From a virus, in the IMG/VR virus record IMGVR_UViG_3300007511_000004, positions 32,001-96,000 of that record: a stretch of DNA of 64,000 nucleotides; one strand, 5' to 3'. Below, piece by piece: positions 29,197-38,893 of the stretch (position 1 is its first letter; each line of letters starts with the position of its first letter). A program made the position numbers and the translations under genes. The notes under the pieces were generated by a model, which did not search any database, was not told where the DNA came from, and saw only the letters and a list, made by a program, of their open reading frames with translations.

Positions 29197-29958
29197 TTGT
29201 TTGGATCACATTTCTACCATGAAAGGATTAGGAAATCAGTAGCCACCTTCGGCTCACTGTTTAATAACCTATATGTGGTACGGCAGGATGCTTCGGGTGG
29301 GGTATTAAACCAGCAGAAGGTTCCACTGGCATACGCACCGCGGATGAAATACCTTGAGAGGATTCGGGAACAGCAGGATCTGGCTACTGATCAAAAGGTG
29401 GCGCTGAAGCTCCCCCGCATTTCGTTTGAAATGACTTCGATTCAGTATGATTCGACACGTATGACCAGTAAAACAAACAAATTTAGTGCTTATGATACAG
29501 ATACCAATAAGAAAGTTTTTTATGCGGGTGTACCATATAACCTATATTTCGACTTAAACATATATGCTAATACGCAAGAAGATGCGCTGCAAATAGTCGA
29601 GCAGATCATTCCATATTTTGCTCCGCAGTACACATTGACCCTTAAACCATTTAATGCTTATCCGACTATCAAAGAAGATGTTCCGATCACTATTGTATCA
29701 TCGGCCTTCACTGATGACTTCGAAGGTCCGGTAGACGTACGAAGAACTATTATCTACACGCTTTCATTTGAGATGAAAGTAATGTTCTACGGGCCAATCG
29801 GGGATGCATCCATTATCAGGAGTGTACAAACTAATTACTTCCTTATGGGTGATTCTGACGGACCAGTTACCGAGATTACAACAGTACCGAACCCGCTTGA
29901 CGTCGATCCGGATTCCGACTACGGCTTCACAACTACGAAGGTGGATTATATAGGATAA
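29197..29958 (+). CDS. gp15: tail sheath stabiliser/terminator gp15
   Basis: FGSLFNN...VPLAYAP...LPRISFEM...QIVEQIIPYFAP. Confidence 0.92.
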   Translation: MFGSHFYHERIRKSVATFGSLFNNLYVVRQDASGGVLNQQKVPLAYAPRMKYLERIREQQDLATDQKVALKLPRISFEMTSIQYDSTRMTSKTNKFSAYDTDTNKKVFYAGVPYNLYFDLNIYANTQEDALQIVEQIIPYFAPQYTLTLKPFNAYPTIKEDVPITIVSSAFTDDFEGPVDVRRTIIYTLSFEMKVMFYGPIGDASIIRSVQTNYFLMGDSDGPVTEITTVPNPLDVDPDSDYGFTTTKVDYIG

Positions 29959-29962
29959 GATA

Positions 29963-30328
29963 ATGAGTGACTCTGATAGACAAGTTGAAGATGATTTTGA
30001 ATATTCTCGTAAGGTATATCTGGATTTAATTGCTACCGGGCAAGAAGCCCTGGGATCAATGTTAGATGTGGCGGATGAGAGCCAACACCCTAGATCTTAT
30101 GAAGTACTGTCCGGTATGATTAAGAATATTAGTGATGTAAACGACCGGCTTATGGATATCCATAAAAAGAAGAAAGATATCGCAAAGCCCGCTGATCAAG
30201 CTGCCTTACCCCCCACCACCAATAATCTATTCGTAGGATCAACTGCAGAATTACAGAAGATGCTTATTTCGAATAAAAAGGAGGAAGATAACGTGATTGA
30301 TGTGAGTGAATATAGTGATGACAAATGA
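29963..30328 (+). CDS. gp16: terminase small subunit gp16
   Basis: DFEYSR...HPRSYEV...NNLFVGSTAELQKML. Confidence 0.9.
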   Translation: MSDSDRQVEDDFEYSRKVYLDLIATGQEALGSMLDVADESQHPRSYEVLSGMIKNISDVNDRLMDIHKKKKDIAKPADQAALPPTTNNLFVGSTAELQKMLISNKKEEDNVIDVSEYSDDK

Positions 30329-30701
30329 TGAGGGCTATTTAGGTAACGCTAACATTAAACGCGATGGCGTTATCCACAATTTCACAGAATATGAAGTCCA
30401 AGAATATATTAAATGTTCAACGGATCCTGCTTATTTCGCAAAGATATACTGTAAAGTAATCTCTCTGGATAAAGGCCTTGTACCCTTTGACCTTTATCCC
30501 TATCAGGAGAGAATGTTCGAACATTTCAATGATAATAGATTCTCTATTGTCCTGGCATGTCGTCAATCCGGGAAGTGTCAAAAATCTGATTCTTATATAC
30601 ACATACGTAACAAGAAAACAAATAAAGAAGAACGTATAGCTATAGGTGATTTTCATGAAAGAATTAAAAGAAATATGCAGCAAGATAATCAAGGAATCTA
30701 G
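30318..30701 (+). CDS. gp17: terminase large subunit gp17 N-terminal part fused to split-intein N-fragment
   Basis: YLGNANIKR...KC..DPAYF...LYPYQ...RQSGK followed by CQKSDSYIHIR (intein block A). Confidence 0.88.
   Translation: MTNDEGYLGNANIKRDGVIHNFTEYEVQEYIKCSTDPAYFAKIYCKVISLDKGLVPFDLYPYQERMFEHFNDNRFSIVLACRQSGKCQKSDSYIHIRNKKTNKEERIAIGDFHERIKRNMQQDNQGI
30576..30701 (+). mobile_element. split intein N-fragment (41 aa, Cys1)
   Basis: Begins with Cys right after Walker A GK; resembles short IntN halves of atypically split TerL inteins. Confidence 0.8.
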
Positions 30702-31077
30702 TGCAAAGGGAAGGTCTAAACATCCATTATACGCAGATAACATAGATGCCATCATATCAACTCATGATATGATATTTGAGCATATGAAGCACAAGCCTAT
30801 AGGTCAAAAAATATCGAGGCTGTATGCAGAATTAGAAAAGGATGGCTCGGGCAAGGTAGTTTGTGTGGTGTGCAATGTATATACTAGAGATGATATTACC
30901 CAACATATACGCAGGTCTCATAATATGGATATTATCACAGAGTATAAACATATGAATTTTTATGATTGCTTCAAAAAAGAACAAGCCATATTAAGAGAAT
31001 ATAAAGATCACAGGATTAATATAAATTATAATGGATTTAAAACGACAGAGGCATTCAATGCAGCGGTTGCTATCTGA
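30655..31077 (+). CDS. free-standing ORF between intein halves; C2H2 zinc-finger plus GIY-YIG-like C-terminal remnant (degenerate homing endonuclease?)
   Basis: CVVC...HIRRSH; C-terminal KEQAILREYK...GFKTTEAF; no GIY/YIG motif seen. Confidence 0.5.
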   Translation: MKELKEICSKIIKESSAKGRSKHPLYADNIDAIISTHDMIFEHMKHKPIGQKISRLYAELEKDGSGKVVCVVCNVYTRDDITQHIRRSHNMDIITEYKHMNFYDCFKKEQAILREYKDHRININYNGFKTTEAFNAAVAI

Positions 31078-31429
31078 TAATACAGAGAGAAAATTCATTG
31101 AAGAGTTTGACGTTTCCGATTATGAAATTCTTACTGAAGATGGGTATAAGGATATTACATCATCCAAAAAGACCATCAAATATGATATATGGAAAGTAAC
31201 CTGTGAGAATGGGCATTTCATAGAATGCGCTGATACCCACATTATTATAGATTCGAATGGCACTGAGATATATGCTAAGGATTCTTTGGGTGCATTGATA
31301 CAGACTATTGACGGTAACAGTAAAGTAATATCTGTGGTTAAGGATAATATTCCCCCAGAACATATGTATGATTTATCTGTCAACTCTGATACACATACGT
31401 TTTATTCTAATGGTATATTAAGTCATAAT
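31058..31429 (+). mobile_element. split intein C-fragment (124 aa, ends His-Asn, +1 Ser)
   Basis: Ends SHN at 31421-31429, followed by Ser at 31430. Confidence 0.85.
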
Positions 31430-32776
31430 AGCATCAGTTCAGTTGCGTATCTATTGTGGTATGCGATTTTCACCCCCGAGAAAACAGTTGCAATCCTGGC
31501 TAACAAAGGGGATACCGCCCGAGAGATGTTGGCGCGGGTTACCTTAATGCTGGAGAATCTCCCGTTCTTCCTTCAGCCAGGAACAAAGGTTTTAAATAAA
31601 GGCTCTTTAGAATTTAGTAACCATAGTCGTATCATCGCCCGAGCGACTTCCGGCTCATCTATTCGTGGTATGTCGGTTAACTTACTTTACTTGGATGAGT
31701 TTGCCTTTGTGGAACGTGCTACTGAGTTCTATACATCAACTTATCCCGTGGTATCTTCAGGTAAAGATACTAAGGTTATTATCACCTCCACCGCTAATGG
31801 AATAGGGAACATATATCATAAATTATGGGAGGGTGCGGTTCAGGGCACTAATGATTATAAACCCTTTAGAGTTGATTGGTGGGATGTACCCGGCCGCGAT
31901 GAAGAGTGGAAGAAACAAACTATTGCTAATACTTCTCCGTTGCAATTTGAACAGGAGTTCTTAAATTCATTCCTGGGGACGGGAGACACTCTAGTTGCTG
32001 CAGATACCCTTTTAAAACTTCGAGCAAAAGAACCAATTATCCGTAGGCCAGATGGGGCTGTTATTTACACAGAGCCCGAAAAAGGTCATGAATATATTAC
32101 TTTAGTGGATGTAGCAAAAGGAAGAGGTCAGGATTATTCTACTTTTAATGTAATCGACGTAACATCTAGACCTTGGAAGCAAGTCGCAGTTTATCGAAAT
32201 AATATTATCTCTCCGATCCTCTTCCCCGATATTATTTATAAGTATGCGAAGTCTTACAACGAATCTTTGGTAGTAGTAGAAAATAACGACTCGGGCCAGG
32301 TAGTTTGTAATGGATTATATTATGATTTAGAATATGAGAATATGTTCCTGGAATCAAGCGTAAAAGCAAATGGAATCGGAATTCTAATGACCAGAAAAGT
32401 AAAAAGACTTGGTTGTTCGGGATTTAAGGATATGATAGAAACGGATAAGCTTGAGATCGTAGATGAAGACACTATTATAGAGATAAGTACGTTCGTTGCG
32501 AAAGGACAATCCTATGAAGCAAGTGATGGTAACCACGATGATCTAGTAATGAATTTAGTATTATTTGGCTATTTCGTTGGAACTAATTATTTTGGGGATC
32601 TTACGGATATCAATCTAAAACAGATGTTATTTGAACAAAATCTAAGAGAAATTGAAGCAGATATATTACCATTCGGCTATATCGAAAACAATGAAGAATA
32701 TATTCAGGAATTAACGGATGAGTCGGATCCGGATGCCCCCGATTGGCGTTTCGATCCATCAATTCATAGCTTTTAA
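31058..32776 (+). CDS. gp17: split-intein C-fragment fused to terminase large subunit gp17 C-terminal part
   Basis: ECADTH (block B), MYDLSV...FYSNGILSHN/S (blocks F,G), then ISSVAYLLW...LDEFAFV (Walker B)...TSTANG...DVAKG...HDDLVM. Confidence 0.9.
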   Translation: MQRLLSDNTERKFIEEFDVSDYEILTEDGYKDITSSKKTIKYDIWKVTCENGHFIECADTHIIIDSNGTEIYAKDSLGALIQTIDGNSKVISVVKDNIPPEHMYDLSVNSDTHTFYSNGILSHNSISSVAYLLWYAIFTPEKTVAILANKGDTAREMLARVTLMLENLPFFLQPGTKVLNKGSLEFSNHSRIIARATSGSSIRGMSVNLLYLDEFAFVERATEFYTSTYPVVSSGKDTKVIITSTANGIGNIYHKLWEGAVQGTNDYKPFRVDWWDVPGRDEEWKKQTIANTSPLQFEQEFLNSFLGTGDTLVAADTLLKLRAKEPIIRRPDGAVIYTEPEKGHEYITLVDVAKGRGQDYSTFNVIDVTSRPWKQVAVYRNNIISPILFPDIIYKYAKSYNESLVVVENNDSGQVVCNGLYYDLEYENMFLESSVKANGIGILMTRKVKRLGCSGFKDMIETDKLEIVDEDTIIEISTFVAKGQSYEASDGNHDDLVMNLVLFGYFVGTNYFGDLTDINLKQMLFEQNLREIEADILPFGYIENNEEYIQELTDESDPDAPDWRFDPSIHSF

Positions 32777-32780
32777 AAAG

Positions 32781-32788
32781 CATAAATA
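32781..32788 (+). promoter_or_regulatory. late promoter variant CATAAATA
   Basis: Intergenic, upstream of tail sheath gene. Confidence 0.6.
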
Positions 32789-32847
32789 ATAGTAATTGAT
32801 CACATCCGTATTATGATAAAAACCCGTATAATTAAGGAGAAAATCCA

Positions 32848-34662
32848 ATGGCATTAGGTATACCATCATCTTCTCCTGCAGTAAACTTTAGAGAAATTGA
32901 TCAATCGGGATCGATCTCTAGTACTCCAACATCAGTTGGGGTTATTGCAGGCGATTTTAGTTGGGGACCAGTATCTGAAGCTGTTCTAGTCCAGAATGAA
33001 GAAGGACTGGTAGCACAATTCGGTACTCCTACCACAACTAATACTGTGGACTTCCACAGCGCAGCATATTTTCTAAGATATGCAGAAGGGCTTTACGTTA
33101 TTCGTGAGGTTGATGGAGACTCAGCTAGTGCAACTGCAGCACAAAACGCTTACTCGATCACCACACCTACTAGCGCTCCCTTTGTAAAGAATAAAACTCA
33201 TTACGACCAACAGGCCGATACTCTAGATAACTTCTCTGGCGATAGTGCTAGTGATCCTTCTCTAGTCCGCGGTCACGAGGTTATTGCTCGTTACCCAGGC
33301 ACAATTGGTAACGATCTTCTAGTATCCATCTGTCCTGCTTCAGGTTCGGACTCTGCATTTGATGCATGGGGTTACAACGGATCATTCGATGGCGCGCCAA
33401 GTACCTCAGCATATGCTTCAGGTCGGAACGGAACATCGGACGAAGTCCACGTAGTCGTTGTCGATGAAACCGGTGGCATTTCTGGTACTGCTGGAACAGT
33501 TCTAGAAAAATACCCATATCTCTCAGTTGCAACTGATGCAAAAACCCCAGAAGGTCAATCGACCTATGTTAAAACTGTTCTGAATGAACGTTCAGAATAT
33601 GTACATTTTGCATCGTTCGGTTCAAGTCTGGCATTCGACTCGGATGCTTGGGGCTTAGCTTCAAACGTAGGTACTGCAACTACACCAGGATCCAGCAAAA
33701 CCTTCATTTCAGGTCTTGATGCCAAAAATTATACATTAGGTAACGCTGCTAATTCTTCCACTTTGGGAACGGGTGATATGGCAAGAGCTTATGATACGGT
33801 AGAGGATGTTGAGGCTATTGACGTTGATCTGCTTATTGCTCCAAGCTTGAGCAGCTCGGCCGATCAGGATACTGTCGTAGAAGATCTGGTTACTATTGCT
33901 GGTACCACACGTAAAGACGCACTAGTTGTCGCCTCACCGGCACGCAGCGATGTGGTTAATATTGCCGCTCCAACTGCAGTTACCAACACTGTAACTACAG
34001 CTAATAGTCATAGTAACTCGTCCTATCTAACCCTTGCTGGTAACTTCCTAAAGGTATATGATAAGTATAACGACAACTATATCTGGATCCCAGCAGCTTC
34101 GTCAGTAGCAGGTCTTATGGCAGCAACTGATAGAGAACAGGGCGCTTGGTACTCACCTGCAGGTACAAGACGCGGCCAAATCCGCGGAGTTACAGATCTT
34201 GCAATTAACCCTACTAAGTTGCAACGCGATACACTTTATAAAGCAGGTGTTAACCCAATTGCAACCCTGACTGGTCAAGGGACATTACTATACGGCGATA
34301 AGACTAAACTTAATCGACCAAGCGCTTTCGATCGTATTAACGTTCGTCGTCTGTTCTTGAAGATTGAGAAAGAAATCGCTAATTATGCTAGAAACCTCGT
34401 TTTTGAATTCAATGACGAATTCACTCGCGCAGAGTTTGTTGGTGTTGTAGAACCATACCTAAGAGATATCCAAGCCAGAAGAGGCATTACGGATTTCCGC
34501 GTGGTCTGCGATGAGACAAATAATACGCCGACAGTCGTCGATAATAACGAGTTTATTGCTAGCATATATATTAAACCGGCCAGATCGATCAACTACATCA
34601 CTCTAAACTTTGTTGCAGTACGCACCGGCGTTTCGTTTGAAGAAGTCGTAGGTCAGGGATAA
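32848..34662 (+). CDS. gp18: tail sheath protein gp18
   Basis: SPAVNFREID...FSWGP...WYSPAG..RG...SAFDRINVRRLF...IKPARSINYITLNFVA. Confidence 0.96.
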   Translation: MALGIPSSSPAVNFREIDQSGSISSTPTSVGVIAGDFSWGPVSEAVLVQNEEGLVAQFGTPTTTNTVDFHSAAYFLRYAEGLYVIREVDGDSASATAAQNAYSITTPTSAPFVKNKTHYDQQADTLDNFSGDSASDPSLVRGHEVIARYPGTIGNDLLVSICPASGSDSAFDAWGYNGSFDGAPSTSAYASGRNGTSDEVHVVVVDETGGISGTAGTVLEKYPYLSVATDAKTPEGQSTYVKTVLNERSEYVHFASFGSSLAFDSDAWGLASNVGTATTPGSSKTFISGLDAKNYTLGNAANSSTLGTGDMARAYDTVEDVEAIDVDLLIAPSLSSSADQDTVVEDLVTIAGTTRKDALVVASPARSDVVNIAAPTAVTNTVTTANSHSNSSYLTLAGNFLKVYDKYNDNYIWIPAASSVAGLMAATDREQGAWYSPAGTRRGQIRGVTDLAINPTKLQRDTLYKAGVNPIATLTGQGTLLYGDKTKLNRPSAFDRINVRRLFLKIEKEIANYARNLVFEFNDEFTRAEFVGVVEPYLRDIQARRGITDFRVVCDETNNTPTVVDNNEFIASIYIKPARSINYITLNFVAVRTGVSFEEVVGQG

Positions 34663-34672
34663 GGAGGCTACA

Positions 34673-35206
34673 ATGGTACTTAACGTACAACAGTTTAAAA
34701 CAGAATTGGTTAAAGGTGGGTCTAGAGCCAACCTTTTCGAAGCCGAAATTAATCTCCCTGCTAGCTTGGGGTCTAATGAGATTACTAAGGTCTCTAAGTT
34801 TCTAGTAAAAACTGCAGAGATCCCTGGTTCGACTATTACCCCGATTATCATCCCATTCCGTGGTAGACAACTTAAGATCTCAGGCGATAGAACCTTTGAT
34901 CCATGGACAGTTACCATTATCAATGATGGTGATATGAAGATTCGTAAGGGTATTGAAGAGTGGATGAATTCTATCAATAATCATGAGGATAACCAAGGTG
35001 CGGTAGATAACTATTTTGCCCAACTGAACGTTGCTCAAATTGATAGACAGCTCGGTAAAGAGGTCAAAGGCCAGAAATGGACGTTCGTAGATGCGTGGCC
35101 ATCTGATCTAGGCCCGATTTCGGTATCATTCGATAACGAAAATCAGATCCAAGAATATCAGGTCACGTTCCAGTACCAATACTGGACTTCAGATCGTACC
35201 ACCTAA
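34673..35206 (+). CDS. gp19: tail tube protein gp19
   Basis: GGSRANLFE...FRGRQLKISGDRTFDPWTVT..ND...QYQYW. Confidence 0.95.
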   Translation: MVLNVQQFKTELVKGGSRANLFEAEINLPASLGSNEITKVSKFLVKTAEIPGSTITPIIIPFRGRQLKISGDRTFDPWTVTIINDGDMKIRKGIEEWMNSINNHEDNQGAVDNYFAQLNVAQIDRQLGKEVKGQKWTFVDAWPSDLGPISVSFDNENQIQEYQVTFQYQYWTSDRTT

Positions 35207-35216
35207 TACGATCATA

Positions 35217-35224
35217 TATAAATA
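35217..35224 (+). promoter_or_regulatory. T4 late promoter TATAAATA
   Basis: Exact consensus upstream of the portal gene. Confidence 0.75.
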
Positions 35225-35226
35225 AT

Positions 35227-35250
35227 AAGAAGGGCAGTTATGCCCTTCTT
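35227..35250. terminator. perfect 10-bp hairpin AAGAAGGGCA-GTTA-TGCCCTTCTT (terminator or mRNA-stabilising stem)
   Basis: Inverted repeat between gp19 and gp20. Confidence 0.6.
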
Positions 35251-35273
35251 AACTATTGAGTAAGGAAAAGGTA

Positions 35274-36806
35274 ATGGCAGATAACAGTCTTCAGCTATTT
35301 GGATTCGAGATCAAAAGAGCGAAGAAAAAAGAAGCTCAGAAGTCTCCATCCATTGTACCTCCAACAGATACGGACGGAGCTGGCTATGTTACCGCTTCAG
35401 GTGCAGGACATTATGGTCAATATGTAGATATTGATGGCGATAAAGCTAAAGATAATTACCAACTAGTTATGAAGTACCGGGGGTCTTCGATGCACCCCGA
35501 GGTCGATATGGCTATCGAAGAGATTGTCAATGAAGCTATTATGACTTCCGAATTACAGGCTCCGGTCAATGTTAATTTGGATAAAGTCGAAGCTTCTGAT
35601 AAAATTAAAAAAAGTATCCAAGAGGAGTTCGATCGGGTTCTGTCTCTGTTGAACTTTGCAGATAATGGCGTCGATATGTTTAGACGTTGGTATATCGATG
35701 GACGACTAGTACACCACATTATCGTGGATGAAGCGAATCTGAAAAACGGCATTCAAGAAATTCGATTCATGGATGCATCAAAGGTTCGAAAAATTCGAGA
35801 GATCCAATATAAAAGGGATACGACTGGTGGACCACAGGGCGCAAAGGTCGTCGATAAAGTAAAAGAATATTACGTCTATCAGGAAAAGCCAGGCGCACAG
35901 ACGGGTGCAGTTAAATTAACTGAAGATTCTGTCAGTTATGTCTCATCTGGTCTACTTGATGAATCCCGCAGAAAAGTAATTTCATATCTACATAAATCAC
36001 TAAAAGCCGTTAACCAATTACGCATGATGGAGGACTCGCTAGTAATATATCGTCTAGCTAGAGCGCCAGAACGCCGTATCTTTTATGTAGACGTCGGTAA
36101 CTTACCTAAGGGTAAAGCCGAAGAATATATGAAAGGTATCATGACCAAGTATCGTAATAAATTGGTCTACGATTCTAATACCGGTGATATTCGAGATGAT
36201 AGAAAACATATGTCAATGCTCGAAGATATCTGGCTACCTCGCCGCGAGGGCGGTCGTGGGACTGAGATCTCCACTTTACCAGGCGGGGAGAATCTGGGTC
36301 AGATTGACGATATCATTTATTTCCAAAAACGTCTATATAGAGCATTGAACGTCCCTCTTAATAGATTAGAACAAGAATCTCAATTTTCACTGGGGCGATC
36401 TAATGAGATTACCCGAGAAGAAATTAAGTTCCAGAAATTTATTGATAAACTACGTAATAAATTTGGTAAACTGATGATCGAGCTTCTTAAGAAACAGCTT
36501 CTTATGAAGGCGATTATCACTGAGGACGACTGGGAGAATTGGAAAAACGATATCAACATTGATTATCTCCGTGATAACCATTTCACCGAACTGATGGAAA
36601 ATGATATCCTCCGGGAGAAGATTCAGACCCTTGACCAAGTAGGTCAATACGTAGGTGAATACTTTACTAAAGAGTGGGTTCTGAAAAATGTTCTTAGATA
36701 TGATGAGGATGATATCGCGGAGCTTGAAAAAGCCAGTGAGAGTAACGACGATGCTGAAGAAGAAAGTGATGCTAGATTGTCTAAAAACGATGAATTAGAC
36801 AATTAA
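35274..36806 (+). CDS. gp20: portal vertex protein gp20
   Basis: LFGFEI...RRWYIDGR...IYRLARAPERRIFYVDVGNLPK.KAEEY...EDIWLPRREGGRGTEISTLPGG. Confidence 0.97.
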   Translation: MADNSLQLFGFEIKRAKKKEAQKSPSIVPPTDTDGAGYVTASGAGHYGQYVDIDGDKAKDNYQLVMKYRGSSMHPEVDMAIEEIVNEAIMTSELQAPVNVNLDKVEASDKIKKSIQEEFDRVLSLLNFADNGVDMFRRWYIDGRLVHHIIVDEANLKNGIQEIRFMDASKVRKIREIQYKRDTTGGPQGAKVVDKVKEYYVYQEKPGAQTGAVKLTEDSVSYVSSGLLDESRRKVISYLHKSLKAVNQLRMMEDSLVIYRLARAPERRIFYVDVGNLPKGKAEEYMKGIMTKYRNKLVYDSNTGDIRDDRKHMSMLEDIWLPRREGGRGTEISTLPGGENLGQIDDIIYFQKRLYRALNVPLNRLEQESQFSLGRSNEITREEIKFQKFIDKLRNKFGKLMIELLKKQLLMKAIITEDDWENWKNDINIDYLRDNHFTELMENDILREKIQTLDQVGQYVGEYFTKEWVLKNVLRYDEDDIAELEKASESNDDAEEESDARLSKNDELDN

Positions 36807-36830
36807 ATTGGATGTCAAGCTTTTCATTCG

Positions 36831-36838
36831 TATAAATA
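36831..36838 (+). promoter_or_regulatory. T4 late promoter TATAAATA
   Basis: Exact consensus upstream of prohead core genes. Confidence 0.8.
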
Positions 36839-36856
36839 ATATACAAGGAGAATATA

Positions 36857-37171
36857 ATGAATAATATTGAAGATTTGATCCAGAATGTACTGGACGGCGA
36901 TTTTAATAAAGCCAATGACGTTTTTGCCGGGTTGGTGGCTGATAAACAATCAGATGTATTAGCACAAGAAAAAATCGCTATAGCTAACCAAATCTTTAAT
37001 GGGTCAGTTGAAGCTGAAGAGCCAGCTGAGGGGCCTATCTCAAATGAGACCGATCAGGAAGACGAGGTTGCATTAGAGGCAGATGCTGAGGACCCAATTG
37101 AGGATGATATCAATATTGATGATATTAATGTTGATGATATCGATCTAGAAGAATTAGAAAATCAGGAATAA
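36857..37171 (+). CDS. prohead core protein (gp67/gp68-like, acidic)
   Basis: Position between gp20 and gp21; highly acidic. Confidence 0.6.
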   Translation: MNNIEDLIQNVLDGDFNKANDVFAGLVADKQSDVLAQEKIAIANQIFNGSVEAEEPAEGPISNETDQEDEVALEADAEDPIEDDINIDDINVDDIDLEELENQE

Positions 37172-37175
37172 TTAA

Positions 37176-37832
37176 ATGAAACTGATCAGCGAATATACAG
37201 AAAACGATATCCAGTGTATCGTAGAATCCAAAGAAAATGGCGAGAAGAGATACGTGATTGAAGGCGTATTTGCTCAAGCTGATCAGAAAAACCGTAATGG
37301 TCGCGTTTATCCGAAAATGATTATGGAAGGCGCAGTTAATCGTTACGTAACAGAACAAGTTTCCAAAGGTAGGGCAGTAGGTGAACTAAATCACCCTGAT
37401 GGGCCTACCATCAATTTGGACAAGGTATCTCACAAGATCACGGACCTCAGATTCGAGGGAAATGATGTTGTAGGTAAGGCACAAGTATTGGATACTCCAA
37501 TGGGTAAGATTGTAAAAGGTCTACTTGAAGGTGGTGTTCAACTAGGTGTGTCGACTCGTGGTATGGGAAGTCTAGAGCAACGAAATGGTGTTATGTATGT
37601 CAAGGAAGATTTTCACCTTGCTACCGTAGACATTGTTCAGGATCCATCTGCGCCCCAAGCATTTGTTAATGGGATTATGGAAGGCGTAGAATGGGTTTGG
37701 AACAATGGCATCATTGAGGCTAAAGATATTGAAGAAATTGAGACTGAAATTAGAAACGCTCCACGTGCAGCTCTTTATGAGACGCAGGTTCGTGAGTTTA
37801 AGAATTTCCTCTCGTTGATCAAAAATAGATAA
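37176..37832 (+). CDS. gp21: prohead protease gp21
   Basis: IEGVFAQA..KNRNGRVYP...GELNHP...GVSTRGMGS...DIVQDPSAP.AFV. Confidence 0.96.
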   Translation: MKLISEYTENDIQCIVESKENGEKRYVIEGVFAQADQKNRNGRVYPKMIMEGAVNRYVTEQVSKGRAVGELNHPDGPTINLDKVSHKITDLRFEGNDVVGKAQVLDTPMGKIVKGLLEGGVQLGVSTRGMGSLEQRNGVMYVKEDFHLATVDIVQDPSAPQAFVNGIMEGVEWVWNNGIIEAKDIEEIETEIRNAPRAALYETQVREFKNFLSLIKNR

Positions 37833-37842
37833 GGAGTTAAAC

Positions 37843-38880
37843 ATGGCTGATCAAATTCAGGAACAGGATGTTGAGCTCGATGAAATCGACGAAGAAGTCA
37901 TCGAAGAAGCTCATGATCCTAAAAACGCTGAAGCCCAGTCAGTTGCCTCGGTAGATAAAGCTACTGATGCAGGACCGGGTCAAAGTGCAACCAGAACTGG
38001 TGATAGCAGAAAATCAGAACCAATGCCTAAAACTAAGGCTGGTATGATTAATGCTATGTACGGTAAAATGTCTGGAATGAAGAAAGCTGATCTTCAGGCA
38101 ATGTTCAAAGGTATGCACGAAGACGTAGATTTCGAAGAAGTGGAAGCAATTGCTGAAGCACAAATCGACGTCGATTCAGAACTTAAAGACCTTGTGGATA
38201 ACGAAGCAACACTCTCGGAAGAGTTCAAGGAAAAGACTGCAATCCTATTTGATACTGCAGTACAATCCAAGATCGCTGAAGAAGTTGAGCGTCTCGATGA
38301 ACAATACAAGGAAGAACTAGCTGGTGAAGTTTCAACCATGAAAGAATCAATGGTTGAGAAAATTGACAGCTACCTAAACTACGTAGTCGAAAATTGGATG
38401 GACGAAAATAAAATCGCTGTTCAAAATGGTCTTCGTACTGAAATTGCTGAAGGTTTCATGAGCAATCTTAAAGATCTGTTCACAGAGTCTTATATTGAAG
38501 TACCGGAGTCAAAAGTCGACCTAGTTGACGATCTCGCTGGTCAGGTTGAGGAGCTAGAAGAGCGCCTGAACAAGACTACCAAAGACGCGATCGACCTTTC
38601 GGAAGAAATTGAAAATCTTAAGAGAGATCGTATTGTCGCTGAAGCTGCTAAGGGTCTTGCAGACACTCAAGCAGAAAAACTAGCGGGTCTTCTTGAAAAG
38701 GCAGAATTCGAATCAGAAGAAGCTTTCGTTAAGAAAGTGGAAGTAATTAAAGAATCGTATTTTGCGGAACAAAAAGTAGAAGCTGATCCAATTGAGACGG
38801 AAACAATCACTGAAGAAGATACAGTGGAAGTTTCGGCAGTTATGGAACAGTATCTCACAGCTCTTAGAAAAACCCAATAA
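37843..38880 (+). CDS. gp22: prohead core scaffold gp22
   Basis: Acidic coiled coil, YLNYVVENWM.EN; position before gp23. Confidence 0.9.
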   Translation: MADQIQEQDVELDEIDEEVIEEAHDPKNAEAQSVASVDKATDAGPGQSATRTGDSRKSEPMPKTKAGMINAMYGKMSGMKKADLQAMFKGMHEDVDFEEVEAIAEAQIDVDSELKDLVDNEATLSEEFKEKTAILFDTAVQSKIAEEVERLDEQYKEELAGEVSTMKESMVEKIDSYLNYVVENWMDENKIAVQNGLRTEIAEGFMSNLKDLFTESYIEVPESKVDLVDDLAGQVEELEERLNKTTKDAIDLSEEIENLKRDRIVAEAAKGLADTQAEKLAGLLEKAEFESEEAFVKKVEVIKESYFAEQKVEADPIETETITEEDTVEVSAVMEQYLTALRKTQ

Positions 38881-38893
38881 GGAGTATAGACAA

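Noticed and set aside
30306-32776. gp17 as a frameshifted pseudogene or a group I intron-containing gene
   Set aside because: Both halves carry intact intein splice motifs (C1; HN/S) exactly at the Walker A break, and the second half has its own RBS and ATG. This fits a split intein; no intron core is evident.
38792-38893. N-terminal extension of gp23 in the ORF track
   Set aside because: Overlaps gp22; the RBS (AAGGAG) supports ATG 38894.
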